Source of the DNA: Gordius albopunctatus
Taxonomy: Eukaryota
Direction of reading: 5' to 3'
Assembly (NCBI GenBank): GCA_964276515.1
Contig: OZ193909.1
Coordinates: forward strand, 10,354,001 to 10,418,000
DNA length: 64,000 bases
Both the position numbers and the translations under genes were made by a program. Each line of letters starts with the position of its first letter. The stretch's first letter is position 1. The notes under the pieces are model-generated. The model did not search any database. It saw nothing but the letters and a program-made list of their open reading frames with translations, and was not told the origin of the DNA. Below are positions 1 through 16,012 of the stretch, piece after piece.

Positions 1-1894
1 CAACGTTATATTGTAGCGATTTGTTTGTTTCATCGCGACGAGAGTGCTGAATTTTTGAAACATGCTATATGCGGTGATTATTTCAAAGTAATAGTTATCT
101 AATTGTGATAAATTTTTACTTCTTATCATGAAAATCGCGTCTGAAAATAACAACTTTCATCGGATGAATATGGTTTAATGGAAATAATTTTTAATATTTT
201 GAGCTGAAAAATCTATTTTTTGTTATTTTATGTAAAAGAGCTTGAAAAAATATATAAAAGTAAGCTAATTTGAGATTCCTATTAATCTCGATCGACTCCT
301 TATAAGAAGTTTTAAGCTGCGAGAACTATCATTTTGAGGAAAGACAACGTTATATTGTTGCGATTAGTTTGTTTCATCGCGACGAGAGTGCTGAATTTTT
401 GAAACATGCTATATGCGATGATTATTTCAAAGTAATAGTTATCTAATTGTGATAAATTTTTACTTCTTATGATGGAATACACGTCTGAAAATAACAACTT
501 TCTTTGGATGAATATGGTTTAATGGAAATAATTTTAAATATTTTGAGCTAAAAAACGATATTTTTTGTTATTTTATGTAAAAGAGCTTGAAAAAATATAT
601 AAAAGTAAGCTAATTTGAGATTCCTATTAATCTCGATCGACTCCTTATAAGAAGTTTTAATCTGCGAAAACTATTATTTTTAGGAAAGACAACGTTGTAT
701 TGTTGCGATTAGTTTGTTTCATCGCGACGAGAGTGCTGGATTTTTGAAGCATGCTATATGCGATGATTATTTCAAAGTAATAGTTATCTAATTGTGATAA
801 ATTTTTACTTCTTATCATGAAAATCACGTCTGAAAATAACAACTTTCATCGGATGAATATGGTTTAATGGAAATAATTTTAAATATTTTGAGTTGAAAAA
901 TATATTTTTAGTTATTTTGTGTAAAAGAGCTTGAAAAAATATATAAAAGTAAGCTAATTTGAGATTCCTATTAATCTCGATCGACTCCTTATAAGAAGTT
1001 TTAAGCTGCGAGAACTATCATTTTGAGGAAAGACAACGTTATATTGTTGCGATTAGTTTGTTTCATCGCGACGAGAGTGCTGAATTTTTGAAACATGCTA
1101 TATGCGATGATTATTTCAAAGTAATAGTTATCTAATTGTGATAAATTTTTACTTCTTATGATGGAATACACGTCTGAAAATAACAACTTTCTTCGGATGA
1201 ATATGGTTTAATGGAAATAATTTTAAATATTTTGAGCTAAAAAACGATATTTTTTGTTATTTTATGTAAAAGAGCTTGAAAAAATATGTAAAAGTAAGCT
1301 AATTTGAGATTCATATTAATCTCGATCGACTCCTTATAAGAAGTTTTAATCTGCGAAAACTATTATTTTGAGGAAAGACAACGTTATATTGTTGCGATTA
1401 GTTTGTTTCATCGCGACGAGAGTGCTGAATTTTTGAAACATGCTATATGCGATGATTATTTTAAAGTAATAGTTATCTAATTGTGATAAATTTTTACTTC
1501 TTATCATGAAAATCGCGTCTGAAAATAACAACTTTCATCGGATGAATATGGTTTAATGGAAATAATTTTAAATATTTTGAGCTGAAAAATATATTTTTTG
1601 TTATTTTGTGTAAAAGAGCTTGAAAAAATATATAAAAGTATGCTAATTTGAGATTCCTATTAATCTCGATCGACTCCTTATAAGAAGTTTTAATCTGCGA
1701 AAACTATTATTTTGAGGAAAGACAACGTTATATTGTTGCGATTAGTTTGTTTCATCGCGACGAGAGTGCTGAATTTTTGAAGCATGCTATATGCCATGAT
1801 GATTTCAAAGTAATAGTTATCTAATTGTGATAAATTTTTACTTCTTATGATGGAATACACGTCTGAAAATAACAACTTTCTTCGGATGAATATG

Positions 1895-4800
1895 GTTTAA
1901 TGGAAATAATTTTAAATATTTTGAGCTAAAAAACGATATTTTTTGTTATTTTATGTAAAAGAGCTTGAAAAAATATGTAAAAGTAAGCTAATTTGAGATT
2001 CATATTAATCTCGATCGACTCCTTATAAGAAGTTTTAATCTGCGAAAACTATTATTTTGAGGAAAGACAACGTTATATTGTTGCGATTTGTTTGTTTCAT
2101 CGCGACGAGAGTGCTGAATTTTTGAAACATGCTATATGCGATGATTATTTCAAAGTAATAGTTATCTAATTGTGATAAATTTTTACTTCTTATCATGAAA
2201 ATCGCGTCTGAAAATAACAACTTTCATCGGATGAATATGGTTTAATGGAAATAATTTTAAATATTTTGAGCTGAAAAATATATTTTTTGTTATTTTGTGT
2301 AAAAGAGCTTGAAAAAATATATAAAAGTATGCTAATTTGAGATTCCTATTAATCTCGATCGACTCCTTATAAGAAGTTTTAATCTGCGAAAACTATCATT
2401 TTGAGGAAAGACAACGTTATATTGTTGCGATTAATTTGTTTCATCGCGACGAGAGTGCTGAATTTTTGAAACATGCTATATGCGATGATTATTTCAAAGT
2501 AATAGTTATCTAATTGTGATAAATTTTTACTTCTTATCATGAAAATCACGTCTGAAAATAACAACTTTCATCGGATGAATATGGTTTAATGGAAATAATT
2601 TTAAATATTTTGAGTTGAAAAATATATTTTTAGTTATTATGTGTAAAAGAGCTTGAAAAAATATGTAAAAGTAAGCTAATTTGAGATTCCTATTAATCTC
2701 GATCGACTCCTTATAAGAAGTTTTAAGCTGCGAGAACTATCATTTTGAGGAAAGACAACGTTATATTGTTGCGATTAGTTTGTTTCATCGCGACGAGAGT
2801 GCTGAATTTTTGAAGCATGCTATATGCCATGATGATTTCAAAGTAATAGTTATCTAATTGTGATAAATTTTTACTTCTTATCATGAAAATCACGTCTGAA
2901 AATAACAACTTTCATCGGATGAATATGGTTTAATGGAAATAATTTTAAATATTTTGAGTTGAAAAATATATTTTTAGTTATTATGTGTAAAAGAGCTTGA
3001 AAAAATATATAAAAGTATGCTAATTTGAGATTCCTATTAATCTCGATCGACTCCTTATAAGAAGTTTTAATCTGCGAAAACTATCATTTTGAGGAAAGAT
3101 AACGTTATATTGTTGCGATTAGTTTGTTTCATCGCGACGAGAGTGCTGAATTTTTGAAACATGCTATATGCGATGATTATTTCAAAGTAATAGTTATCTA
3201 ATTGTGATAAATTTTTACTTCTTATCATGAAAATCACGTCTGAAAATAACAACTTTCATCGGATGAATATGGTTTAATGGAAATAATTTTAAATATTTTG
3301 AGCTGAAAAATATATTTTTTGTTATTTTGTGTAAAAGAGCTTGAAAAAATATGTAAAAGTAAGCTAATTTGAGATTCATATTAATCTCGATCGACTCCTT
3401 ATAAGAAGTTTTAATCTGCGAAAACTATCATTTTGAGAAAAAGACAACGTTATATTGTTGCGATTAGTTTGTTTCATCGCGACGAGAGTGCTGAATTTTT
3501 GAAACATGCTATATGCGATGATTATTTCAAAGTAATAGTTATCTAATTGTGATAAATTTTTACTTCTTATCATGAAAATCACGTCTGAAAATAACAACTT
3601 TCATCGGATGAATATGGTTTAATGGAAATAATTTTAAATATTTTGAGCTGAAAAATATATTTTTTGTTATTTTATGTAAAAGAGCTTGAAAAAATATATA
3701 AAAGTAAGCTAATTTGAGATTCCTATTAATCTCGATCGACTCCTTATAAGAAGTTTTAAGCTGCGAGAACTATCATTTTGAGGAAAGACAACGTTATATT
3801 GTTGCGATTAGTTTGTTTCATCGGGACGAGAGTGCTGAATTTTTGAAGCATGCTATATGCCATGATGATTTCAAAGTAATAGTTATCTAATTGTGATAAA
3901 TTTTTACTTCTTATGATGGAATACACGTCTTAAAATAACAACTTTCTTCGGATGAATATGGTTTAATGGAAATAATTTTAAATATTTTGAGCTAAAAAAC
4001 GATATTTTTTGTTATTTTATGTAAAAGAGCTTGAAAAAATATGTAAAAGTAAGCTAATTTGAGATTCATATTAATCTCGATCGACTCCTTATAAGAAGTT
4101 TTAATCTGCGAAAACTATTATTTTGAGGAAAGACAACGTTATATTGTTGCGATTAGTTTGTTTCATCGCGACGAGAGTGCTGAATTTTTGAAACATGCTA
4201 TATGCGATGATTATTTTAAAGTAATAGTTATCTAATTGTGATAAATTTTTACTTCTTATCATGGAATACACGTCTGAAAATAACAACTTTCATCGGATCA
4301 ATATGTGTTAATGGAAATAATTTTTAATATTTTGAGCTGAAAAATATATTTTTTGTTATTTTATGTAAAAGAGCTTGAAAAAATATATAAAAGTAAGCTA
4401 ATTTGAGATTCCTATTAATCTCGATCGACTCCTTATAAGAAGTTTTAAGCTGCGAGAACTATCATTTTGAGGAAAGACAACGTTATATTGTTGCGATTAG
4501 TTTGTTTCATCGCGACGAGAGTGCTGAATTTTTGAAACATGCTATATGCGATGATTATTTCAAAGTAATAGCTATCTAATTGTGATAAATTTTTACTTCT
4601 TATGATGGAATACACGTCTGAAAATAACAACTTTCTTTGGATGAATATGGTTTAATGGAAATAATTTTAAATATTTTGAGCTAAAAAACGATATTTTTTG
4701 TTATTTTATGTAAAAGAGCTTGAAAAAATATATAAAAGTAAGCTAATTTGAGATTCCTATTAATCTCGATCGACTCCTTATTAGAAGTTTTAAGCTGCGA

Positions 4801-7800
4801 GAACTATCATTTTGAGGAAAGACAACGTTATATTGTTGCGATTAGTTTGTTTCATCGCGACGAGAGTGCTGAATTTTTGAAACATGCTATATGCGATGAT
4901 TATTTCAAAGTAATAGTTATCTAATTGTGATAAATTTTTACTTCTTATGATGGAATACACCTCTGAAAATAACAACTTTCTTCGGATGAATTTGGTTTAA
5001 TGGAAATAATTTTAAATATTTTGAGCTAAAAAACGATATTTTTTGTTATTTTATGTAAAAGAGCTTGAAAAAATATGTAAAAGTAAGCTAATTTGAGATT
5101 CATATTAATCTCGATCGACTCCTTATAAGAAGTTTTAATCTGCGAAAACTATTATTTTGAGGAAAGACAACGTTATATTGTTGCGATTTGTTTGTTTCAT
5201 CGCGACGAGAGTGCTGAATTTTTGAAACATGCTATATGCGATGATTATTTCAAAGTAATAGTTATCTAATTGTGATAAATTTTTACTTCTTATCATGAAA
5301 ATCGCGTCTGAAAATAACAACTTTCATCGGATGAATATGGTTTAATGGAAATAATTTTAAATATTTTGAGCTGAAAAATATATTTTTTGTTATTTTGTGT
5401 AAAAGAGCTTGAAAAAATATATAAAAGTATGCTAATTTGAGATTCCTATTAATCTCGATCGACTCCTTATAAGAAGTTTTAATCTGCGAAAACTATCATT
5501 TTGAGGAAAGACAACGTTATATTGTTGCGATTAATTTGTTTCATCGCGACGAGAGTGCTGAATTTTTGAAACATGCTATATGCGATGATTATTTCAAAGT
5601 AATAGTTATCTAATTGTGATAAATTTTTACTTCTTATCATGAAAATCACGTCTGAAAATAACAACTTTCATCGGATGAATATGGTTTAATGGAAATAATT
5701 TTAAATATTTTGAGTTGAAAAATATATTTTTAGTTATTATGTGTAAAAGAGCTTGAAAAAATATGTAAAAGTAAGCTAATTTGAGATTCCTATTAATCTC
5801 GATCGACTCCTTATAAGAAGTTTTAAGCTGCGAGAACTATCATTTTGAGGAAAGACAACGTTATATTGTTGCGATTAGTTTGTTTCATCGCGACGAGAGT
5901 GCTGAATTTTTGAAGCATGCTATATGCCATGATGATTTCAAAGTAATAGTTATCTAATTGTGATAAATTTTTACTTCTTATCATGAAAATCACGTCTGAA
6001 AATAACAACTTTCATCGGATGAATATGGTTTAATGGAAATAATTTTAAATATTTTGAGTTGAAAAATATATTTTTAGTTATTATGTGTAAAAGAGCTTGA
6101 AAAAATATATAAAAATATGCTAATTTGAGATTCCTATTAATCTCGATCGACTCCTTATAAGAAGTTTTAATCTGCGAAAACTATCATTTTGAGGAAAGAT
6201 AACGTTATATTGTTGCGATTAGTTTGTTTCATCGCGACGAGAGTGCTGAATTTTTGAAACATGCTATATGCGATGATTATTTCAAAGTAATAGTTATCTA
6301 ATTGTGATAAATTTTTACTTCTTATCATGAAAATCACGTCTGAAAATAACAACTTTCATCGGATGAATATGGTTTAATGGAAATAATTTTAAATATTTTG
6401 AGCTGAAAAATATATTTTTTGTTATTTTGTGTAAAAGAGCTTGAAAAAATATGTAAAAGTAAGCTAATTTGAGATTCATATTAATCTCGATCGACTCCTT
6501 ATAAGAAGTTTTAATCTGCGAAAACTATCATTTTGAGAAAAAGACAACGTTATATTGTTGCGATTAGTTTGTTTCATCGCGACGAGAGTGCTGAATTTTT
6601 GAAACATGCTATATGCGATGATTATTTCAAAGTAATAGTTATCTAATTGTGATAAATTTTTACTTCTTATCATGAAAATCACGTCTGAAAATAACAACTT
6701 TCATCGGATGAATATGGTTTAATGGAAATAATTTTAAATATTTTGAGCTGAAAAATATATTTTTTGTTATTTTATGTAAAAGAGCTTGAAAAAATATATA
6801 AAAGTAAGCTAATTTGAGATTCCTATTAATCTCGATCGACTCCTTATAAGAAGTTTTAAGCTGCGAGAACTATCATTTTGAGGAAAGACAACGTTATATT
6901 GTTGCGATTAGTTTGTTTCATCGGGACGAGAGTGCTGAATTTTTGAAGCATGCTATATGCCATGATGATTTCAAAGTAATAGTTATCTAATTGTGATAAA
7001 TTTTTACTTCTTATGATGGAATACACGTCTTAAAATAACAACTTTCTTCGGATGAATATGGTTTAATGGAAATAATTTTAAATATTTTGAGCTAAAAAAC
7101 GATATTTTTTGTTATTTTATGTAAAAGAGCTTGAAAAAATATGTAAAAGTAAGCTAATTTGAGATTCATATTAATCTCGATCGACTCCTTATAAGAAGTT
7201 TTAATCTGCGAAAACTATTATTTTGAGGAAAGACAACGTTATATTGTTGCGATTAGTTTGTTTCATCGCGACGAGAGTGCTGAATTTTTGAAACATGCTA
7301 TATGCGATGATTATTTTAAAGTAATAGTTATCTAATTGTGATAAATTTTTACTTCTTATCATGGAATACACGTCTGAAAATAACAACTTTCATCGGATCA
7401 ATATGTGTTAATGGAAATAATTTTTAATATTTTGAGCTGAAAAATATATTTTTTGTTATTTTATGTAAAAGAGCTTGAAAAAATATATAAAAGTAAGCTA
7501 ATTTGAGATTCCTATTAATCTCGATCGACTCCTTATAAGAAGTTTTAAGCTGCGAGAACTATCATTTTGAGGAAAGACAACGTTATATTGTTGCGATTAG
7601 TTTGTTTCATCGCGACGAGAGTGCTGAATTTTTGAAACATGCTATATGCGATGATTATTTCAAAGTAATAGCTATCTAATTGTGATAAATTTTTACTTCT
7701 TATGATGGAATACACGTCTGAAAATAACAACTTTCTTTGGATGAATATGGTTTAATGGAAATAATTTTAAATATTTTGAGCTAAAAAACGATATTTTTTG

Positions 7801-10300
7801 TTATTTTATGTAAAAGAGCTTGAAAAAATATATAAAAGTAAGCTAATTTGAGATTCCTATTAATCTCGATCGACTCCTTATTAGAAGTTTTAAGCTGCGA
7901 GAACTATCATTTTGAGGAAAGACAACGTTATATTGTTGCGATTAGTTTGTTTCATCGCGACGAGAGTGCTGAATTTTTGAAACATGCTATATGCGATGAT
8001 TATTTCAAAGTAATAGTTATCTAATTGTGATAAATTTTTACTTCTTATGATGGAATACACCTCTGAAAATAACAACTTTCTTCGGATGAATTTGGTTTAA
8101 TGGAAATAATTTTAAATATTTTGAGCTAAAAAACGATATTTTTTGTTATTTTATGTAAAAGAGCTTGAAAAAATATGTAAAAGTAAGCTAATTTGAGATT
8201 CATATTAATCTCGATCGACTCCTTATAAGAAGTTTTAATCTGCGAAAACTATTATTTTGAGGAAAGACAACGTTATATTGTTGCGATTTGTTTGTTTCAT
8301 CGCGACGAGAGTGCTGAATTTTTGAAACATGCTATATGCGATGATTATTTCAAAGTAATAGTTATCTAATTGTGATAAATTTTTACTTCTTATCATGAAA
8401 ATCGCGTCTGAAAATAACAACTTTCATCGGATGAATATGGTTTAATGGAAATAATTTTAAATATTTTGAGCTGAAAAATATATTTTTTGTTATTTTGTGT
8501 AAAAGAGCTTGAAAAAATATATAAAAGTATGCTAATTTGAGATTCCTATTAATCTCGATCGACTCCTTATAAGAAGTTTTAATCTGCGAAAACTATCATT
8601 TTGAGGAAAGACAACGTTATATTGTTGCGATTAATTTGTTTCATCGCGACGAGAGTGCTGAATTTTTGAAACATGCTATATGCGATGATTATTTCAAAGT
8701 AATAGTTATCTAATTGTGATAAATTTTTACTTCTTATCATGAAAATCACGTCTGAAAATAACAACTTTCATCGGATGAATATGGTTTAATGGAAATAATT
8801 TTAAATATTTTGAGTTGAAAAATATATTTTTAGTTATTATGTGTAAAAGAGCTTGAAAAAATATGTAAAAGTAAGCTAATTTGAGATTCCTATTAATCTC
8901 GATCGACTCCTTATAAGAAGTTTTAAGCTGCGAGAACTATCATTTTGAGGAAAGACAACGTTATATTGTTGCGATTAGTTTGTTTCATCGCGACGAGAGT
9001 GCTGAATTTTTGAAGCATGCTATATGCCATGATGATTTCAAAGTAATAGTTATCTAATTGTGATAAATTTTTACTTCTTATCATGAAAATCACGTCTGAA
9101 AATAACAACTTTCATCGGATGAATATGGTTTAATGGAAATAATTTTAAATATTTTGAGTTGAAAAATATATTTTTAGTTATTATGTGTAAAAGAGCTTGA
9201 AAAAATATATAAAAGTATGCTAATTTGAGATTCCTATTAATCTCGATCGACTCCTTATAAGAAGTTTTAATCTGCGAAAACTATCATTTTGAGGAAAGAT
9301 AACGTTATATTGTTGCGATTAGTTTGTTTCATCGCGACGAGAGTGCTGAATTTTTGAAACATGCTATATGCGATGATTATTTCAAAGTAATAGTTATCTA
9401 ATTGTGATAAATTTTTACTTCTTATCATGAAAATCACGTCTGAAAATAACAACTTTCATCGGATGAATATGGTTTAATGGAAATAATTTTAAATATTTTG
9501 AGCTGAAAAATATATTTTTTGTTATTTTGTGTAAAAGAGCTTGAAAAAATATGTAAAAGTAAGCTAATTTGAGATTCATATTAATCTCGATCGACTCCTT
9601 ATAAGAAGTTTTAATCTGCGAAAACTATCATTTTGAGAAAAAGACAACGTTATATTGTTGCGATTAGTTTGTTTCATCGCGACGAGAGTGCTGAATTTTT
9701 GAAACATGCTATATGCGATGATTATTTCAAAGTAATAGTTATCTAATTGTGATAAATTTTTACTTCTTATCATGAAAATCACGTCTGAAAATAACAACTT
9801 TCATCGGATGAATATGGTTTAATGGAAATAATTTTAAATATTTTGAGCTGAAAAATATATTTTTTGTTATTTTATGTAAAAGAGCTTGAAAAAATATATA
9901 AAAGTAAGCTAATTTGAGATTCCTATTAATCTCGATCGACTCCTTATAAGAAGTTTTAAGCTGCGAGAACTATCATTTTGAGGAAAGACAACGTTATATT
10001 GTTGCGATTAGTTTGTTTCATCGGGACGAGAGTGCTGAATTTTTGAAGCATGCTATATGCCATGATGATTTCAAAGTAATAGTTATCTAATTGTGATAAA
10101 TTTTTACTTCTTATGATGGAATACACGTCTGAAAATAACAACTTTCTTCGGATGAATATGGTTTAATGGAAATAATTTTAAATATTTTGAGCTAAAAAAC
10201 GATATTTTTTGTTATTTTATGTAAAAGAGCTTGAAAAAATATGTAAAAGTAAGCTAATTTGAGATTCATATTAATCTCGATCGACTCCTTATAAGAAGTT
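1895..10300. repeat. 9-monomer higher-order repeat, 3100-bp period, ~2.7 copies
   Basis: Identical monomer variants recur at +3100 (2035/5135/8235; 1-bp insertion monomer 3376/6476/9576; TCGGGACG variant ~3821/6921/10021). Confidence 0.95.
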
Positions 10301-13300
10301 TTAAGCTGCGAGAACTATGATTTTGAGGAAAGACAACGTTATATTGTTGCGATTAGTTGTGAGTGCTGAATTTTTGAAACATGCTATATGCGATGATGAT
10401 TTCAAAGTAATACTTTTCTAATCCTGATAAATTTTTACTTCTTATCATGGAAATCACGTCTGAAAATAACAACTTTCATTGGATGAATATAGTTTAATGG
10501 AAAAATTTTTAAATATTTTGAGCTAAAAAAATATATTTTTTGTTATTTTATGTGAAAGAGCTTGAAAAAATATATAAAAGTAAGCTAATTTGAGAATCCT
10601 ATTATTCTCTATCGACTCCTTATAAGAAGTTTTAAGCTGCGAGAACTATGATTTTGAGGAAAGAAAACGTTATATTGTTGCGATTAGTTTGTTTCATCGC
10701 GACGAGAGTGCTGAATTTTTGAAACATGCTATATGCGATGATTATTTTAAAGTAATAGTTATCTAATTGTGATAAAATTTTACATCTTATCATGAAAATC
10801 ACGTCTGAAAATAACAACTTTCATCGGATGAATATGGTTTAATGGAAATAATTTTAAATATTTTTAGCTAAAAAAATATATTTTTTGTTATTTTATGTAA
10901 AAGAGCTTGAAAAAATATATAAAAGTAAGCTAATTTGAGAATCTTATTAATCTCGATCGACTCCTTATAAGAAGTTTTAAGCTGCGAGAACTATCATTTT
11001 GAGGAAAGACAACGTTATATTGTTGCGATTATCATCGCGACGAGAATGCTGAATTTTTGAAACATGCTATATGCGATGATTATTTCAAAGTAATAGTTAT
11101 TTAATTGTGATAAATTTTTACTTCTTATCATGGAATACACGTCTGAAAATAACAACTTTCATCGTATGAATATGTGTTAATGGAAATAATTTTAAATATT
11201 TTGAGCTAAAAAAATATATTTTTTGTTATTTTATGTAAAAGAGCTTGAAAAAATATATAAAAGTAAGCTAATTTGAGAATCCTATTAATCTCGATCGACT
11301 CCTTATAAGAAGTTTTAAGCTGCGAGAACTATGATTTTGAGGAAAGACAACGTTATATTGTTGCGATTAGTTGTGAGTGCTGAATTTTTGAAACATGCTA
11401 TATGCGATGATGATTTCAAATTAATACTTTTCTAATCCTGATAAATTTTTACTTCTTATCATGGAAATCACGTCTGAAAATAACAACTTTCATTGGATAA
11501 ATATAGTTTAATGGAAAAAATTTTAAATATTTTGAGCTAAAAAAATATATTTTTTGTTATTTTATGTGAAAGAGCTTGAAAAAATATATGAAAGTAAGCT
11601 AATTTGAGAATCATATTATTCTTTATAGACTCCTTATAAGAAGTTTTAAGCTGCGAGAACTATGATTTTGAGGAAAGAAAACGTTATATTGTTGCGATTA
11701 GTTTGTTTCATCGCGACGAGAGTGCTGAATTTTTGAAACATGCTATATGCGATGATGATTTCAAAGTGATAGTTATATAATTCTGATTAATTTTTACTTT
11801 TTATCATGAAAATCACGTCTGAAAATAACAACTTTCATCGGATAAATATGGTTTAATGGAAAAATTTTTAAATATTTTGAGCTAAAAAAATATATTTTTT
11901 GTTATTTTATGTAAAAGAGCTTGAAAAAATATATAAAAGTAACCTAATTTGAGAATCCTATTAATCTCGATCGACTCCTTATAAGAAGTTTTAACCTGCG
12001 AGAACTATCATTTTGAGGAAAGACAACGTTATATTGTTCCGATCATCATCGCGACGAGAATACTGAATTTTTGAAACATGCTATATGCAATGATTATTTC
12101 AAAGTAATAGTTATCTAATTGTGATAAATTTTTACTTCTTATCATGGAATACACGTCTGAAAATAACAACTTTCATCGGATGAATATGGTTTAATGGAAA
12201 AAATTTTAAATATTTTGAGCTAAAAAAATATATTTTTTGTTATTTTATGTAAAAGAGCTTGAAAAAATATATAAAAGTAAGCTAATTTGAGAATCCTATT
12301 AATCTCGATCGACACCTTATAAGAAGTTTTAAGCTGCGAGAACTATCATTTTGAGGAAAGACAACGTTATATTGTTGCGATTAGTTGTGAGTGCTGAATT
12401 TTTGAAACATGCTATATGCGATGATGATTTCAAAGTAATACTTTTCTAATCCTGATAAATTTTTACTTCTTATCATGAAAATCAGGTCTGAAAATAACAA
12501 CTTTCATCGGATAAATATGGTTTAATGGAAAAAATTTTAAATATTTTGAGCTAAAAAAATATATTTTTTGTTATTTTATGTAAATGAGTTTGAAAAAATA
12601 TATAAAAGTAAGCTAATTTGAGAATCCTATTAATCTCGATCGACTCCTTATAAGAAGTTTTAAGCTGCGAGAACTATCATTTTGAGGAAAGACAACGTTA
12701 TATTGTTCCGATTATCATCGCGACGAGAATGCTGAATTTTTGAAACATGCTATATGCGATGATTATTTCAAAGTAATAGTTATCTAATTGTGATAAATTT
12801 TTACTTCTTATCATGGAATACACGTCTGAAAATAACAACTTTCATCGGATGAATATGGTTTAATGGAAAAAATTTTAAATATTTTGAGCTAAAAAAATAT
12901 ATTTTTTGTTATTTTATGTAAAAGAGCTTGAAAAAATATATAAAAGTAAGCTAATTTGAGAATCCTATTAATCTCGATCGACTCCTTATAAGAAGTTTTA
13001 AGCTGCGAGAACTATGATTTTGAGGAAAGACAACGTTATATTGTTGCGATTAGTTGTGAGTGCTGAATTTTTGAAACATGCTATATGCGATGATGATTTC
13101 AAAGTAATACTTTTCTAATCCTGATAAATTTTTACATCTTATCATGGAAATCACGTCTGAAAATAACAACTTTCATTGGATGAATATAGTTTAATGGAAA
13201 AAATTTTAAATATTTTGAGCTAAAAAAATATATTTTTTGTTATTTTATGTGAAAGAGCTTGAAAAAATATATAAAAGTAAGCTAATTTGAGAATCTTATT

Positions 13301-16012
13301 AATCTCGATCGACTCCTTATAAGAAGTTTTAAGCTGCGAGAACTATCATTTTGAGGAAAGACAACGTTATATTGTTGCGATTATCATCGCGACGAGAATG
13401 CTGAATTTTTGAAACATGCTATATGCGATGATTATTTCAAAGTAATAGTTATTTAATTGTGATAAATTTTTACTTCTTATCATGGAATACACGTCTGAAA
13501 ATAACAACTTTCATCGGATGAATATGTGTTAATGGAAATAATTTTAAATATTTTGAGCTAAAAAAATATATTTTTTGTTATTTTATGTAAAAGAGCTTGA
13601 AAAAATATATAAAAGTAAGCTAATTTGAGAATCCTATTAATCTCGATCGACTCCTTATAAGAAGTTTTAAGCTGCGAGAACTATGATTTTGAGGAAAGAC
13701 AACGTTATATTGTTGCGATTAGTTGTGAGTGCTGAATTTTTGAAACATGCTATATGCGATGATGATTTCAAATTAATACTTTTCTAATCCTGATAAATTT
13801 TTACTTCTTATCATGGAAATCACGTCTGAAAATAACAACTTTCATTGGATAAATATAGTTTAATGGAAAAAATTTTAAATATTTTGAGCTAAAAAAATAT
13901 ATTTTTTGTTATTTTATGTGAAAGAGCTTGAAAAAATATATGAAAGTAAGCTAATTTGAGAATCATATTATTCTTTATAGACTCCTTATAAGAAGTTTTA
14001 AGCTGCGAGAACTATGATTTTGAGGAAAGACAACGTTATATTGTTGCGATTAGTTGTGAGTGCTGAATTTTTGAAACATGCTATATGCGATGATGATTTC
14101 AAATTAATACTTTTCTAATCCTGATAAATTTTTACTTCTTATCATGGAAATCACGTCTGAAAATAACAACTTTCATTGGATAAATATAGTTTAATGGAAA
14201 AAATTTTAAATATTTTGAGCTAAAAAAATATATTTTTTGTTATTTTATGTGAAAGAGCTTGAAAAAATATATGAAAGTAAGCTAATTTGAGAATCATATT
14301 ATTCTTTATAGACTCCTTATAAGAAGTTTTAAGCTGCGAGAACTATGATTTTGAGGAAAGAAAACGTTATATTGTTGCGATTAGTTTGTTTCATCGCGAC
14401 GAGAGTGCTGAATTTTTGAAACATGCTATATGCGATGATGATTTCAAAGTGATAGTTATATAATTCTGATTAATTTTTACTTTTTATCATGAAAATCACG
14501 TCTGAAAATAACAACTTTCATCGGATAAATATGGTTTAATGGAAAAATTTTTAAATATTTTGAGCTAAAAAAAATATTTTTTGTTATTTTATGTAAAAGA
14601 GCTTGAAAAAATATATAAAAGTAAGCTAATTTGAGAATCCTATTAATCTCGATCGACTCCTTATAAGAAGTTTTAACCTGCGAGAACTATCATTTTGAGG
14701 AAAGACAACGTTATATTGTTCCGATCATCATCGCGACGAGAATACTGAATTTTTGAAACATGCTATATGCAATGATTATTTCAAAGTAATAGTTATCTAA
14801 TTGTGATAAATTTTTACTTCTTATCATGGAATACACGTCTGAAAATAACAACTTTCATCGGATGAATATGGTTTAATGGAAAAAATTTTAAATATTTTGA
14901 GCTAAAAAAATATATTTTTTGTTATTTTATGTAAAAGAGCTTGAAAAAATATATAAAAGTAAGCTAATTTGAGAATCCTATTAATCTCGATCGACACCTT
15001 ATAAGAAGTTTTAAGCTGCGAGAACTATCATTTTGAGGAAAGACAACGTTATATTGTTGCGATTAGTTGTGAGTGCTGAATTTTTGAAACATGCTATATG
15101 CGATTATGATTTCAAAGTAATACTTTTCTAATCCTGATAAATTTTTACTTCTTATCATGAAAATCAGGTCTGAAAATAACAACTTTCATCGGATAAATAT
15201 GGTTTAATGGAAAAAATTTTAAATATTTTGAGCTAAAAAAATATATTTTTTGTTATTTTATGTAAATGAGTTTGAAAAAATATATAAAAGTAAGCTAATT
15301 TGAGAATCCTATTAATCTCGATCGACTCCTTATAAGAAGTTTTAAGCTGCGAGAACTATCATTTTGAGGAAAGACAACGTTATATTGTTCCGATTATCAT
15401 CGCGACGAGAATGCTGAATTTTTGAAACATGCTATATGCGATGATTATTTCAAAGTAATAGTTATCTAATTGTGATAAATTTTTACTTCTTATCATGGAA
15501 TACACGTCTGAAAATAACAACTTTCATCGGATGAATATGGTTTAATGGAAAAAATTTTAAATATTTTGAGCTAAAAAAATATATTTTTTGTTATTTTATG
15601 TAAAAGAGCTTGAAAAAATATATAAAAGTAAGCTAATTTGAGAATCCTATTAATCTCGATCGACTCCTTATAAGAAGTTTTAAGCTGCGAGAACTATGAT
15701 TTTGAGGAAAGACAACGTTATATTGTTGCGATTAGTTGTGAGTGCTGAATTTTTGAAACATGCTATATGCGATGATGATTTCAAAGTAATACTTTTCTAA
15801 TCCTGATAAATTTTTACTTCTTATCATGGAAATCACGTCTGAAAATAACAACTTTCATTGGATGAATATAGTTTAATGGAAAAAATTTTAAATATTTTGA
15901 GCTAAAAAAATATATTTTTTGTTATTTTATGTGAAAGAGCTTGAAAAAATATATAAAAGTAAGCTAATTTGAGAATCTTATTAATCTCGATCGACTCCTT
16001 ATAAGAAGTTTT

